Position numbers and translations under genes: made by a program
From: Gordius albopunctatus
Taxonomy: Eukaryota
Assembly (NCBI GenBank): GCA_964276515.1
Contig: OZ193909.1
Location: forward strand, 6,262,001-6,326,000
DNA: 64,000 bases
Direction of reading: 5' to 3'
The notes under the pieces: model-generated
What the model saw: only the letters and a program-made list of their open reading frames with translations
Database searches by the model: none
What the model was told of the DNA's origin: nothing
In this document: in pieces, positions 39,407 through 53,549 of the stretch
How the letters are laid out: every line of letters starts with the position of its first letter
Position numbering within the stretch: the first letter of the stretch is position 1

Positions 39407-40477
39407 TAGTGATGCGAATAAACCGAGAAAAATCGAAAAACCGAGACGAGATGACAATTTAAAAAATGAAATCGAGACGAGAATTTCGCTGTCGAGACGA
39501 GACGATACGAGATTTTTTCAGCGAGATCTCGACTTTTTATTGATCGTTAGATTTTAGAAAATTATTGTGTATTTTTATTTGCATGATTCACATTTAAGAT
39601 ATTATATTAAGTTTAATCAATATATATGGAATATACTTGATATTAAAAAATTCCTAAGTGTAGTATATATTTTTGCAAAAAACTCTAATCATTTACCTAA
39701 GTATGGTTGACCCTTAGGGTATGTGAATAATTTTATAATATCATTATCACATATTTGTATCAATAATATTAAATATTACAAAATTTTAGGCTTAGAATGA
39801 GTTCTGTTTGGATTGAATAGAATATTATTAAAGCATGCGCACTTTAATTAAAAGTTTAAAACCTTATGTTTTTAATTTTAGAATAATGCTGCTTTTATTG
39901 TTGTTTTTACAACGTTTTAATATATGCAACTAGTTAACAATTCTGTAAATAACAATATTATCATTAAAAGTCACTCGAACCTTGTGGTTTAAAACGCAAT
40001 AGTAAACATGCAATAAACACTATGGGCTATAATTGATGATGGTAATATCAATGGACTTAAACTTTTGCCTTAAATATGTTAAGGTCTACTTTAAAGTTTT
40101 AGCCAGGGTTAATAAAGAGTCTCAATTTGCTAAATTATGCAACTAAGTCATATATAAGCGATCTTATAATTTTCTAAGTCTATTTATTTAATAGACACAG
40201 TTGTCCCGCTAAATCTTTAAAAAGTTTGTGTATTAAAGTTTTTCCAAAAATATAAAAATTTGCCATTTGGATTTTTTAACGCTTATTTAATATTTTTAAT
40301 AAAACAGGAGAAATTTTCATTCCGTATATATTTTTTAAAAAAGTCGAGACGAGACGAGAATTCTCGCCGAGGACGAGATGAGATTTTTCTAGGCCGAGAC
40401 GAGATCGAGATTTTCTTAATCGCTCCCGAGACGAGATTTTGTATTGGAGACCGAGACAAGACGAGATCGAAACACTA
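39407..40477. mobile_element. hAT-type non-autonomous element with (CGAGA)n subterminal repeats
   Basis: Ends TAGTGATGCGA / TCGAAACACTA with perfect 8-bp TSD TTCCAGAC. Inverted sister copy at 48690-49836. Confidence 0.9.
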
Positions 40478-41329
40478 TTCCAGACACCCAATTTGGAGAG
40501 CATACGCGCAAATAACGGTTAGGAGGCCCCCTTGATCTGCAATCTTCACCCACATTAGCCTGTCGGAACAACGCTTGACTTCCACCACCTTGTCCTTGAA
40601 CGATTCGCTTAGAACGATACCTTCCCCATTTCTACGATTTAATGAACCACTGTAGAATAGTTTGTACCCTTCTCCTAACTCCCTGGCTTTAGTTCCGTTC
40701 CACCTCGTCTCTTGTAGGCAGGCGATATGTACCTTTCTTCTTTTTAGCATTTGTGCGGCCTCGATGCTCTTCCCGTCAACTCAAAAACCTTGACAAGCTT
40801 AATTGCCTTCGACACAAATATCCAAAAAATCAGTTAATCGTATTTTAGTTGATTTTTTATTGAACAGTCGAATAACTTCAATGTTACATTAAATATGCCA
40901 TTGATTTGATTTTTGTATAAACATTGACCTTTTTTGTATAAAATTTTCAATGGACCATTTTTAACCAAACAATTTTAAACCGAAGATTTTGACCGAATCC
41001 TTGTTTCTCCAGTGTAGTATCTTGAACTATATTTTGTAAATTATTCCGATTTAAATTAAAATAAAATTCATATAGTACAAAGTTAATCTTTTCACAAAAA
41101 TTTTATTAGTCATGAATGCTAAAATAGGTTTAACTGCTCTATAATACTAACGGATAGATTCGCTTACCAGGTCAAAATTAAATGGATTTTTTAGCAAAAA
41201 TCCTAGGTATATTATACATAAGTTAATATATATTTCATTTAGAAGCATCTTAACAGATCTATTAGTCGCAATGGATTTCTAAAAACTATGTTTTAAATAA
41301 GTGAATATTTACTGCAAATAATTATACTT

Positions 41330-41472
41330 TTCTTCTTCTTCTTTCTATGGCTGTTTATCACCTTGGCTAGTGGTCAGTCCTTTCAACATTAATTTCCATT
41401 TGTATCTATTCCATAGATCTTTTTTCCCTATTATGTGATTCCACGTAAGCTTGGGTCTTCCTCTTTTTTGTT
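41330..41472 (-). mobile_element. 3' fragment of another RTE-type LINE
   Basis: Minus strand encodes KRGRPKLTW...NRYKWK followed by a (GAA)n tail. Confidence 0.65.
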
Positions 41473-42307
41473 TTACTGCGAAATCAAATTTTTTATGCCA
41501 AGATTACGATAAATCTTGTAGAAATTACTTTATTTTCTAAAAAAATACCATATTTATCAGCAACGGATATTTGGAAATGTTTCTAGGAGGACGCCACAGT
41601 TTATAATAAAAAACGAAAGCCAATGCAAAATATATGACTTCGTATCATGGGGGTAGCCAGGGGAGCAGGGAGGGGCGCCCCATAGATTTCTTGAAATTAT
41701 TTTAAAAAGGCTATTGAAAAAATGATCATTTTGCCTCTCCCTCTAATTCCAATGCTGGCTAGGCCTATTAAATGTACTTCTTAAATGCATTGCCTGATAC
41801 AATTATATATTTAAAAATCGTGACCAATGTTTAAAGTTGCAATTAAATTTATGACGACCTTCTGCAATTAAATAAATTGTCAATCATTGTTCTAAAATAA
41901 ATTTTTCAATAGAACTGGTGCTATAGAATATAAAAACTTATGGGAGTTTCCTAAGTTCTCTTCTTTGTTTAGAGGTGATTTTAGTGGTGAGCAAGGCTGG
42001 CGCAATTTTGCATTTGAAAGATCATATATGAAATATAAGTGGCCCAGAATTCACGATTCTTACAGCATAGACTTTACAATTAATAGCATAATTTTATGGT
42101 GTTCCATGAACTTTGGTTAGCTTTTAACATGCCGTGTACAGAGGTTAACTTTCTCCACATCTTCTCCCCGAACACAACTTTACACCATCTTTTGACAAAA
42201 TTTTCCGACCACGACCATTTGAAAATTTCTAAATGTTCTCCCGGTCGTGAAAAAATTATTGAGGCTGCCCAAATTGACCAGCCCGATCTAATATATTGCT
42301 TGTGGAG

Positions 42308-42963
42308 TAGAGCCCTGCAAAATGAAAATTTTTCTTCCCGAGCCCGACATCTCCGTTTTTATTTTGCCCGAGCCCTCCCCCAGCCCGAACGACTTTTTAT
42401 TTTTGGGCCCGACCCGATTTTTTAAATAGGAAATTTAAAAAAATTATTCTAAAATTTTTGAAAATTATTTTACCATATAAATACATAATGCAATAAATTG
42501 TTATTAATCGTCATTTACAACTAAGATAAGTTTAAAATAAAATTTTCATTTTCACTCGCTACAATTTATTGAGCTAACTGGATATCTAACTATTTAAAAT
42601 ATATTTTACCAACAGTTCCAAATAAAACAATTTTTAAAATAGTTCTATATTTTAATTCTAATGTAACGGCTACGAATATATTTAAATAACAGAATAAGAT
42701 TTGCAATTTAGGTCAAAATATATTAATAGACAGGGGAAAAAAGCTAAAACTTGGAAATATTATGTATGGTGTACGGAGATAATTATTTAATATAGAGTTG
42801 AGTTTTTTAGATCATATTTTATAAAAGATTAGTTTGCCATGTCAATTCAAGCCGGGCTCGCGGGTCGGGCCCGAGGCCCAATTGTTTTATTAAATTTAGC
42901 CCGAGCCCGGCCCGAAGCTCAATAGGTTCGAGCCGGGCTTCGGGCAGCCCGTGCAGGGCTCTA
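42308..42963. mobile_element. hAT-type non-autonomous element, inverted copy of 38647-39313
   Basis: TIR TAGAGCCCTGCA and perfect TSD TTGTGGAG. Confidence 0.9.
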
Positions 42964-43233
42964 TTGTGGAGCCCGAAATAAAAGGGCAAAAATTATTTTA
43001 GCTATAAAACGCACGTTTTCAATATAATTTAAACAAGGCTGACTATATTTTAATATTTATTTGGAAGTAAATAAGAGGGCCTCTTTCTTATCAATCATCC
43101 TGAGATGTATTTAGGGCCTAGAAAATCATGCAACTTGATGCGTTTTGCAGGGTTCATCAGCCATGCTATTGCCACAAAATTAAGACACATGGCTAACAAA
43201 AAAATTATAAACGCTTGCTAACAGTTTTATTAG

Positions 43234-44262
43234 TAGAGAACTGCAAAGTCACCTTTTTTCAACCCGAACCCGACCCGAAATTTGTATTTTCAACCCGAAC
43301 CCGACCCGGAGTATTAAATAATTTTCCACCCGATCCGGCCCTAAAGCGTTTAAATTTTTTGCGTTTCAAATTTCGGTATGCGACGCGATAGATAAATTGC
43401 TGTGTCAAAAATTAATCGACAAAAAAGTGCGATTTATAAAACTAAATGATACCACAGATTTTTATTACTAGATTTTTTGAATGATTTATTATGGTGATGT
43501 ATAAATATGATAGTATCTACAATATAGGGTCGCAATTAATTTGAAATATATAGTTTTGCAAAACATTTACTTTTATTTAGATTTACGAATATATATATTT
43601 ATTTAGGTTAAATTAATAATGAACTACCACTACTTCCCACTATTAAAATACATTTTAAAGAAATTTTTTTGTTGATATAATTAACCTTTCACGAGTCAAG
43701 TTTAGATTTGCGTCCAAAATAAAAACAATCAGATTTAAATTATCAAAAGTAATTTAATTAACTGAATGAATAATTTCCAATTATACATTTCGATATGAAT
43801 CAAAAACATTATATTCCATAGCGTGTATTTCGTAATGTAAGATTTATAATCTTTGACCCGACAATATAAATCCAACTCGACCCGAAAGCATATTTAAATT
43901 ATCAAAAGTAAAATCTTGTTTGAAACTATCATAAATTTTGGAGTTGATTTTTATATCCGGTTTCCGACCTGACGCCAACCCTCCACTTTTTGCACACGGA
44001 CTTAGGACCGTCGTAGGTAGTTATCAAAAGTAATTTAATTAACTGAATGAATAATTTCCAATTATACATTTCGATATGAATCAAAAACATTATATTCCAT
44101 AGCGTGTATTTTGTAATGTAAGATTTATAATCTTTGACCCGACAATATAAATCCAACTCGACCCGAAAGCATATTTAAATTATCAACCCGAACCCGACCA
44201 AACCTGAAGACATTTCAAAATCTTTATCGGGTCGGGTTTCGGGTCACCCGCGCAGTTCTATA
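43234..44262. mobile_element. hAT-like non-autonomous element (TIR TAGAGAACTGC; ACCCGA repeats) with ~170-bp internal duplication
   Basis: Terminal inverted match and AACCCGAACCCGACCCG subterminal motifs. ~43740-43906 is repeated at ~44021-44186. No clear TSD. Confidence 0.7.
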
Positions 44263-47200
44263 CCCTATAGTTTTAAAGAATAATCTTTTGAATGACCGAA
44301 TGTAAGCGGTTATAAAATTTTCTAATGTTAAATATAGATATAATTAGCAAACCTTGAATAAACATTGTTTTTGATTTTTGCATATCGAAAATCCTCATGA
44401 AAAACATTTTCCACTGAATACATATTTTACTTTAAAAATTTAATTTTTTAAACATTATTTAAAGTCGTCTCTACCGGGCTTTATTATTAAAAAATTTCTG
44501 GTATTGAAAAACCCTATGATTAAAACATCTATAATTAATAGATTATTCGAGCGTATTATAATATCCCAATTGTTAACGAAACCAAATGAGGCTATATAAA
44601 TGTCAGGCTCATCTAAAATGGCATATTATAATGGTTTTTATTTAATATTTTTATAATCATGTTTATTATTAGATTTGATTAAGCTTGGTTGGGAACCTTG
44701 ATGCAAATTCAATATTTAGTAGCTTTCATTTTAATTATACCATTCTCCATGGGTCTAGCAACCCCCCCCCCCTCTAAGTGACGAAAAAAAATTAAAAAAA
44801 ATTAAATTTTACCCCTCCCTAATCAAACTTTTAAACGTTTCGCCCCCCCCCCCCCCCAATAATCCAAAACCTGACTACGCCCATGCCATTCTCCTATATA
44901 TTTTTGAAAGGGGTAAACGTAATGAATAAAATTTCTAGCGCTATTTTATAAACCATAATTATGTCAAAGATGACACTTTATATGTGTAATTTAATATCAT
45001 TGGCACCCCTTTATTAAAAAAGATACAACAAATATAGTGATCGCTAGATGTGATCCTTATTAAGTATGGTAGAGATGCGACCCAATTTCCTCATCTCAAG
45101 CATTTAAAGACTTTAGTTTAAAGAGGTGAAGAATGTCATTTAGGCTTCCTCATTGTCACACAAAATACTGTTTTACCGTTTAATAGAGTTTCCGTTTACA
45201 GCGGTGGTGTGTTTCAGCTCAAGATATCCTTATCTGAGGATGTGTAAAATGGTTAAGAATACCATTTTCAATGCTTTGACTTAATTAAATAGCCTAGTTT
45301 AAATCAAAATTGCGAAAAGATTTTTTCAATAATCTGTCCGAATGGCAGATCTAGATTGAAACATGTATTAGGGGCAATACATTGCTTGACTGCAGATAAG
45401 TAGTATAAAGATTTAAAACTATATCATTAATTGTAAATATGAATAATGGATCGAAATTATTGACTATTAAAACAAGATTTTTGGTAAATTTGGAACTTAA
45501 TATTAAATTATGATTAGTTTTATAAAGCTTTGACAAAAAATACTAATAACTAAATTGTCATATTAAAATGCCAACAAAAGGCGCAAAATAGCTCAAATTT
45601 GGTTTTATATTGTCCAAATTCTTCCTTTTTGCGTAGTAGATATCAATTTTAAAAAATGTCAACAACCTTAAAAAACAATGGCGCATCTTTCAATAAAACT
45701 TAATTCTCCATTTTTTAATTCAATTAATATTCATTATCCTATTATGTAGACTTAGTTACACGATCGCACTCAAATGATTTCGCATTTTGGTCTGGTATAG
45801 TATAACTTTAGTGTCTAGTGAATATAAGATAAACAATAATTAAGACACACTATTGTTAAACTTTCTTTAAAACTGTTATAGCAAACTAAATAGAATTTAT
45901 AATTAATCTAAGACTTTTATTTCTTAATATAGCAAGAAAGTACGACTAATTTATCAAACCATTCATTCATTATATGATCATTGCACCTTTATTATACCTT
46001 TTAACAGAATTAACAATATTGACTAACGTACAAATACACTTAACTATAATTTAAGATCGAGATAAAAAAACTGATAGGAATGTAGAGAGATACAAAAATA
46101 TACAACGCATGGGCGTAGCCAGCATTGGGATTAGAGGGGGGCGATAATGATTTAGGGAGGGGCAAAAGGGATCATTTTTTGAAATTTGAGCCATAATTTT
46201 AATAAAATTCAACAAATAATTGGATTTAGAGGGGGGCAGCCGCCCTTCCCTGCCCCCCCCCCTGGCTACGCCCATGTATACAAGATAAATACACGATATC
46301 GACATTCACTAAAATATCATTGCCTTGTCATTTAAAAGTTTTTGAAATAGCGATTCAACCGGATCTTTATTGTAGTAAAAACACGGTAGAGAGAAAGCGA
46401 CTATTTTGGGACGCGTTTTAATACATGTAGTTTTCAGGGGAAGTCTTAATGAAGCTAATGGTTTGATGATGATGATGATGAAATTTAGGGGCATCTTCAA
46501 TAACAATGACAAATTTGGGATTCGTTTGAAAATATATTAGGATAATAGGTATTTTATAATTTTTAGAATAAGGAGTCTCTGACACGAAGCGAGGTAAAAG
46601 TTCGCTATAATAATGACAGATAAACTGTTTAGAAGGTTTATTTTACTACAAACGTCTTTAAAATGGCTAGATCGCGCTTTTGAGGATAATCCCTTGGCCG
46701 TATAAAAAGCCTTAAATAGAGTTTATCGATGATTGTTCTTTTCCAAATATGACAGAGACGCAGCCATGATTCAAATGGGGGGGGGGGGGAGGTTTGCAAA
46801 AAGCTTGGTAATAAATTAGTGAAAGGCAAATTGAGAATCGCGAAAAATTTCAACCATTCAATCGTTGGATATATGGGAATTTTTAATTTAGAAAGTTAGG
46901 GGGGGGGCAGCCTTTCTTGGCTACCCCAATGAATTCGAACAATATTCCTTTAAAAATAATTACATTAAATTTATAGCTTTTACCAGGCGCCTTTAAAAGG
47001 GTATTCGTACCCATTTTACTTTCCAAATATGGGAGATAAATGGCAAAACAAAAAATTAGGAGTTTCCAAAAACCGGGAGATTTTGCGATTCCGTCTAAGG
47101 GAGTATTTTAAATCGATCCAGGACCATTTTAAACAGCAACACCAATAAAGAAATGCTATAATCTTATAAATTCTCCAAACATAAGAACCTCTTCACTTCC

Positions 47201-47278
47201 AATTTTTTTGGTAGAAAATCTTGAAGTCATGATTAAATCAAAATGTTTTGCATAGGAGGTCATAAAATTATCATCGAA

Positions 47279-48280
47279 TCATATGATCGTGATATCCCGT
47301 GGCGCGCGCAATGGGCCCTCATTGGTCGCCGCTTTCCAAATTAAAGCTAGTAGGGGAGGGAGGAGGGCACACATGGTGACATAGATTAAATAGGGGACAG
47401 GTCGAGTACTAAAACGCCGGGCGTCACATACTGGCAGCGGGTTGCCTATGGTTAAGCCACGCCGAATTGAGTCTCGAAGGTGATGTGATGAAATGGCAAT
47501 GACTGATAGAGGAACTAACCAATCAGCAGGACTTAGTGCAAAAGTATTATCCCATTGTTTCCACCAAGATAAGTGATCAAAGGAACATGGAAGAGCAAAT
47601 CCATGAGCTCTTACCTTAAGGATTGTGTATATGATGAGTGCCACTAAAGGTATCAAAGCAGAATTGTGCAAAAATGGTCTCCCATGTATGTCTTGCTTAT
47701 AATCCACGACTTTCTAAAATATATAGAAGAATTATATAAACAATTTCTATTTTATAAATAAATGAAATTCATAAATAGCACAACAGTTTTATAGTATGTT
47801 TTATTTGCAATTGTGAATATTCCAGCTTAGAATATAAATGGACTAAAAACTAATAGGCAGATATTTCATATATAATCTAGGTATGCGTATTTTAAATAGT
47901 GAATGTCCAAAAAATTAATATATATTAAAATAACAAAATGGACAATCCTTACTTCAAAGGAAAGGGATTGAGCACATATAAAATGATCTATATCAATGAT
48001 GCAAGCAAATATAGAGCATATAAATGCCTCAATCATCACAGCTCTAAAACACAATTTACTAATGTGAGAAGTAGTTTCTCGGAATGATAACCACGATACA
48101 AAAGCTAACATATAAAATTTTATTATATTGGAGGCCAGAGAAAAGTTTACCAATGGTCCCATGTACCGCGTTATCATAAAGAGCAAATAGATACTTTCGT
48201 TCCTGTGGAACAATTTTACATGAGATTAAAACATCAGGTAACGTACATGCAATTATTACGTAGGCAGTATAAACAAACAT
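47279..48280 (-). CDS. TMEM267: Transmembrane protein 267 homolog, ~238 aa. Exons 48280-48151, 48104-47953, 47713-47279
   Basis: Spliced frame of 717 nt. Motifs DNAVHGTI, IDIDHFI, RPFLHNS and SHHLRDSIRRGL match the TMEM267 (C5orf28) family, with several hydrophobic segments. Confidence 0.88.
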
Positions 48281-48689
48281 GATGCGTGTAACCTATATTA
48301 TATTTTCAATTTCAATGTGCGATGAAAATACATCAATAAATAGCGATTTTTGGTACATAATTTCTGTAAATCTAAATGCTCAATATGAATGCACATTTTA
48401 ATAGTGTGAAGCATGAATTTGTCAAAATATACAACAAATTGTTTTAATTTTATATAAATTATTTTTTCTAAGATGGTTTGATATCAATATTTGTGAACAA
48501 TATGTTCAGAGTTAACCTTCCTTTCTTCTTACCAATTTTATTTCTTTTAATTGTATATTTTAATTTCTAAATCCTAAATTTGGGTTTCTATCTTTACTTT
48601 CGTTAATCTTACTTTCATATTCCATCAAGTCTATTTACATGGCTATACCAATCATCGGCTCTTGCAAGCTTAATTTAAAACATTGAAGT

Positions 48690-49836
48690 TAGTGTTTCGA
48701 TCTCGTCTCGGTCTCGAATACAAAATCTCGTCTCGGGAGCGATTAAGAAAATTTCGATCTCGTCTCGACTTTTAAAAAAAAATTTATACGGAATAAAAAT
48801 TTCTCCTGTTTTATTAAAAATATTAAATAAGTGTTAAAAAATCAAAATGGCAAACTTTTATATTTTTGGAAATACTTTAATACACAGACTTTTCAAAGAT
48901 TTAGCGGGACAACTGTGTCTGTGTTTAGTTAATATCAAGATCGAAAATACAAAAACAGCTAATACCAACATATATATAATGTCGTCAATACGTTACAACA
49001 TCGATAATCCACCTTTTATATAATACAAATTATAATACTAATCCCCGCATGGAAAGGTTACAGATCCTTACACCTCATTCTTTCAAATTGAGGGACCACC
49101 AGGTCCATGCTGTCCCGCCCTGGAATATTTCCTAATAACGTCATCTCTTCCTCAGGGCTGACCACAACCTGACTGGTGTCCATTGTAACCACTTCCACAC
49201 GTACAGGCTCCGCCGTCGTAAACGTTACTGCCGGCGCTATCGAAACCACCCACGCTACCGATTCTACCGGCGGTACCGTCCTCTCCTGCCTTGCTTGCCT
49301 GGACGGGATTCCTCGCCTACACCTCGGCATTCGGTGCCAGCTTCTGCCACCCCTGCAAAAGACTCTAGTTTGCCTTATCGCTGCCGGCTGTCCTGCCTGC
49401 GGACAACGTGATGACCTCCTTCTTTCTTCCGCCCTTGCCACGGGACGTATCTGGAGATTTTGAGGGTTTTGCATCGTATTCGCTCAGGCTGCGCGCGGGG
49501 TCACATTCTGACGCTGCACCCGGTCAACTCGTCTAACTAAACTCTGGGCTTGGCCACGGTGTCTGGCTATACTTAATAATGTTATTGATACAAATATGAG
49601 ATAATGATATTATAAAATTATTCAAATACCCTAAGGGTCAACCATAATTAGGTAAATGATTGCCAGATTTATAGTTTTTTTTAAAAATATATAATATTTA
49701 CTACACTTAGGAATTTTTTAATATCAAATATATTCCATATATATTGATTACACTTAATACCTTAAATGTGAATCATGCAAATAAAACTCGTATCGTCTCT
49801 TCTCGACAGCAAAATTCTCGTTTCGATCTCGACTAT
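48690..49836. mobile_element. Inverted copy of the 39407-40477 element with its centre replaced by ~650 bp of foreign sequence
   Basis: 48690-48920 and ~49575-49836 match the reverse complement of the 39407-40477 element. 48921-49574 does not. Confidence 0.85.
49058..49570 (-). pseudogene. 5'-truncated fragment encoding an Arg-rich protein with a degenerate Cys/His knuckle
   Basis: GC-rich island, open from ~49570 to 49058 except one TGA at 49486-49484. Contains EERRR and VFCRGGRSWHRMPRC. Confidence 0.45.
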
Positions 49837-49899
49837 AAATAAAAGTATTCAATTAATGAGTTAAAAATACTTCTAGTAATATCCTATTTTAGGATTTGC

Positions 49900-51740
49900 T
49901 GGTTATCAACACTCCCCCCTTTTTCACAAGTGTGATGGTTTAGATAGCCTGGGACATGTCATATCAGCTGTAGTAAGTATCCAGGTTATTGTAGCGAGGA
50001 TCCCACGCTATCCTGACCTGTCGCTATCGGAAAAGCTCTAGGATAGGGCGGAGTAACGCGACTTAATCTCAACCGGATATTTAGGTTTTACCACCAATTT
50101 TCATGTCCTCCTATCCTCCGATTCTAAGTTTTTCTTCCCTTTAACAGCTCCTCGTTACAATAGTCTCGTCTTCCTAGCGCCCACACATCGTAAGAACGCA
50201 CTCCGCGCCTGTCTGCTATTGTCTCCTTTACCCATTTATGCGAACCCGCAAACATGCGCGCCCACACTGTGTCTCCAGCGTTAAACTGCCGGGTTCCTAC
50301 TGTCTCCTTCCATCGTAGAACTATGGTTTCACTTGATACCTGCCTTTAGGGCCTTATACTTGGTTCATGTTTGATCAAAGGCCCCCTTTTTGATAATGGG
50401 GTTTTAAAGTTGCAAGTCCTGTAACTTTTCGCAAAGGGAACGCGTCGCGCGGGGGCTGATAGTGGCTTGGTCCCCTTTTTCATCGGGGCGTCGACTTAAA
50501 TGTTCGTTACCGCCTGTGGCGCCGAATTCTTCTGGATCGTCTTTTGCATGATCAGGGTATCCACGATCTCTTTTGTTATCTCTGGCTTCCGTGCGCCTTG
50601 ATGGTCAACAAAGTTTCTCGAGTTCCAACGCGCCTGTTCGTTCCCATATATCTTTACCAAATTTATAAATCCAATTTGTACCAAACAAAGACGTTCCATT
50701 CACGTCTGCCAATAATAGTGACGGGAATTTGCGCGTCTGGCCTAGCCGTGCCGCGGTTTAAAGTCGGCGACTATCTTTTTTCTCTGTTTCCATATCCTTA
50801 GAAGGTCACAGTAGGTTCTACCACGGTTGGTAAAAGCTCCCTCCAAAGCTTCCCCTGCACGATCGTAACGGTATAAAATTTAACCAAATTATTATTAATA
50901 TACAAATCGATAGTCAAAATATCTAAAGCATGGGTGAACCTGGTCAAGTTATAGCCTGCTCTTGACGTATCCACCGCGAATGCTTCTTCGGCTGGTAGAT
51001 TCACCGTTCTTAGCCTCTTCGATCGCTTCCATCCCTAGTGCTAACTCGAAGTCTTTGTCCCATTTAAGGTCTCTTTCAGCCATCAATCTGGCTTTAACAG
51101 TTGGATTCTGAAACCTCAGATTAAATTGTTCCATTAGTCTGTTGTGTAACTCCCCGATTCCGTCCATTGCTATAGCCTTGAGTCTGTGCATGAATTGCAT
51201 TACAGGCTCTCTCTCCATCTGGCTAATATTCCCGAAAATAAATCTTTGAGCCAGAGGACAATTATTTCTCTTGAATTAGTCCCTAAGCCTGCTGGTTAAT
51301 TTTTCAAAAGCTCATTCGGTTGGGATATCTGGGATTACATCCTCTGCCACCACCCGGAATTCTTCACTAGATAAATGACCCAGCAGCTTACATGTCTTCT
51401 GGCCATTGGTCACTGGAACTATTGAATTATAATATAAGCCTCGGATTTTAGTATAAAAAACTCAACCGAATCTCCTAATTTATACGATATCATATAGGTT
51501 CAGAATCCTACTCACGCCACAATTGTTGAGGAAGAAAGGAACGATATACTTATTAGGGAAGGAAAGGAAGGAGGAATCGCACTACCAATTACAATACTTT
51601 TTTCTGTCAGTTCACAATTCACGCGATGTATACAATTTGGTTCGAAAATATAAACTTAACATCACATCACGAGGAATAACGAAATATTTATAACAAATAA
51701 ATCGTAACGACGTAATCTCACTATCTTTCAACCCCCAGCA
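49900..51740 (-). mobile_element. Internally deleted Ty3/Gypsy element (LTR end/PBS, gag, protease-region remnant, integrase tail, PPT)
   Basis: Minus strand ..TCAACA|ATTGTGGCG at ~51523-51515 (LTR end and PBS-like), gag-like text AQRFIF..Q..EPVMQFMHRLKAIA, 50165-50310 similar to 4185-4320, and PPT AAAAAGGGGGGAG followed by TG at ~49911. Confidence 0.78.
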
Positions 51741-53549
51741 TAGAGACCTTTCTGCTTAAAAATAAAACAACGGGCCGGGCCTGGACGTGCCGATATATAA
51801 CGTAACGGGCTCGGGCCGGGCCTAGTTATGCTTAAGGCCCGTTAAAAAATTAATTAGATTTAGTATAAAATAAGGTGTTTTTATAATGATCTAATTTGTA
51901 ATTTTTCAATAATCGCCGTGGAAACTTATACGGGTTTTTAATGGCTGTGGACTTATGCTTCTGTGAAAGACTTTTATTTAGCTGATCGCTGATTGGCTTT
52001 AGTTTTTTCGACCTCGCCTAAGCTCAAATTCCATTAATGTTTTTTTCCCTGATTGATAACCTTTATTAATAAATTTATTTTGGCAATTTGTCTAGGTTGT
52101 TAATTTATAACGGATGAATGCGAAACTGGTTAAATAATTCCCTGCAAATTAATGTCGACCGTTGCTAACTTCGATTTTATCTGACCCCGGCCAAACGCCA
52201 AAATTTATATACTCATTATCATTAACAAATTTAAAATCAAATTCTAAAATTTATTTCCTCAAGTTACATTTATCACTGTTTTCTAATTTTATATCAATAA
52301 CATATTTATTTAAAACGGTGGCAAAGCAAAGAAGCTAAGTAGTTTTATTAAAACATTATAACCTTAAATAAGGGTTTTAAAAGATTATTTGGCTTATATG
52401 GTTTTATGTATCCTGAAGTGCCACCTGTAAAAAAATTTCGATGTAGGTCATTTCTTAACAGATAGAAGAACTCGATTGACCGGGAATTAACAATTTTTTC
52501 TTTTTAAACTAGTTATATTAACATTTTTAATACAAACATATTGTTTGCCATATCGATAAAAAAATTAAACAAAAAAAAAATTTTTTTGTATAAAATTAGC
52601 GGTCCGGGCTTTTAAATTTTTATTACTGGCGGGCCGACTGACCTAAACAGGCCCGTTGCAGGTCTCTACCCCAATACTTATTTTAACATATATTTACTAT
52701 ACAACTATTAGTAGAAAAAAATGATCTAGACCTTCAGCAATTTATTAAATTTTTATATAACCATAGCATTTCAGCGCTCAGGTGTAAGAATAATGCTGAT
52801 GATGAATTTGATCAAATTTTATGATTAGCGGCTAATTATATTATCTTAATTAAAAAAGCACTCAATTTGCTTACAGGCAAGATCTGTTGAAGTCTACTAC
52901 AAAATATTAATATTCATGGAGTTACTTCTTAATTTTACAAATAAATGAAAAATTTAATTATTAAAAAAACAAGATCTTGTTGCTTATAAATATGGTTACC
53001 TTAAGACATCTATTATTTTGCCAGACATTTTAGAAAAATTATTTTTTTGGTTGAGTGAGTTTACTTAGGTGATTTATATGAACAACATTAAATTAAAATC
53101 AAAATTTGTATGACATTGCCTCGGCCTATCAGCGTCCTATAAATTTTTACGTCTATATTAAAGGTATAGTCTTATATAACGACTTATATATATTAGCCAA
53201 AGCCTATCTACCAATAACCGTCTAGGGACAAATGCTTTTCATAATATAAATAAATGGGCATGAGGGCCTTTTATAAGCTTTCTCTTTGAAGTGTGGTTGG
53301 CATGTTCAATTTTTGGAAAAGCATAAGACCTTGTTCACATGCTTAGGGTAGACTGAGAAATTAAGGTATTTATCTAAAAAGTCGGCTGACTTTAAAGCAA
53401 AAGTCTTTTAATTGCTATGCTATTTATGGGCTCACTTTCCATTTGTTTATGTCACGCTCGGAATGTCTTGCACCGAATGTCTTGTCACACTTTCGTCGTG
53501 TTTACCACTGATACCGCTTGGAATTCGAATAAGCCATCCTGAGTACGAT

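Larger units (their letters stand above)
35870..40780 (-). mobile_element. Decayed RTE-clade LINE interrupted by three DNA-transposon insertions
   Basis: IACLQETRW (APE, ~40700), ELWWWDK, QFGFM, LYADDIVL (RT), PVLLYGS, RLRWYGHI, GAA-repeat 3' tail at ~35870. Many stops and frameshifts. Confidence 0.92.

Noticed and set aside
49484..49486. In-frame TGA as selenocysteine or readthrough
   Set aside because: No SECIS-like structure seen; in a truncated captured fragment CGA-to-TGA decay is simpler.
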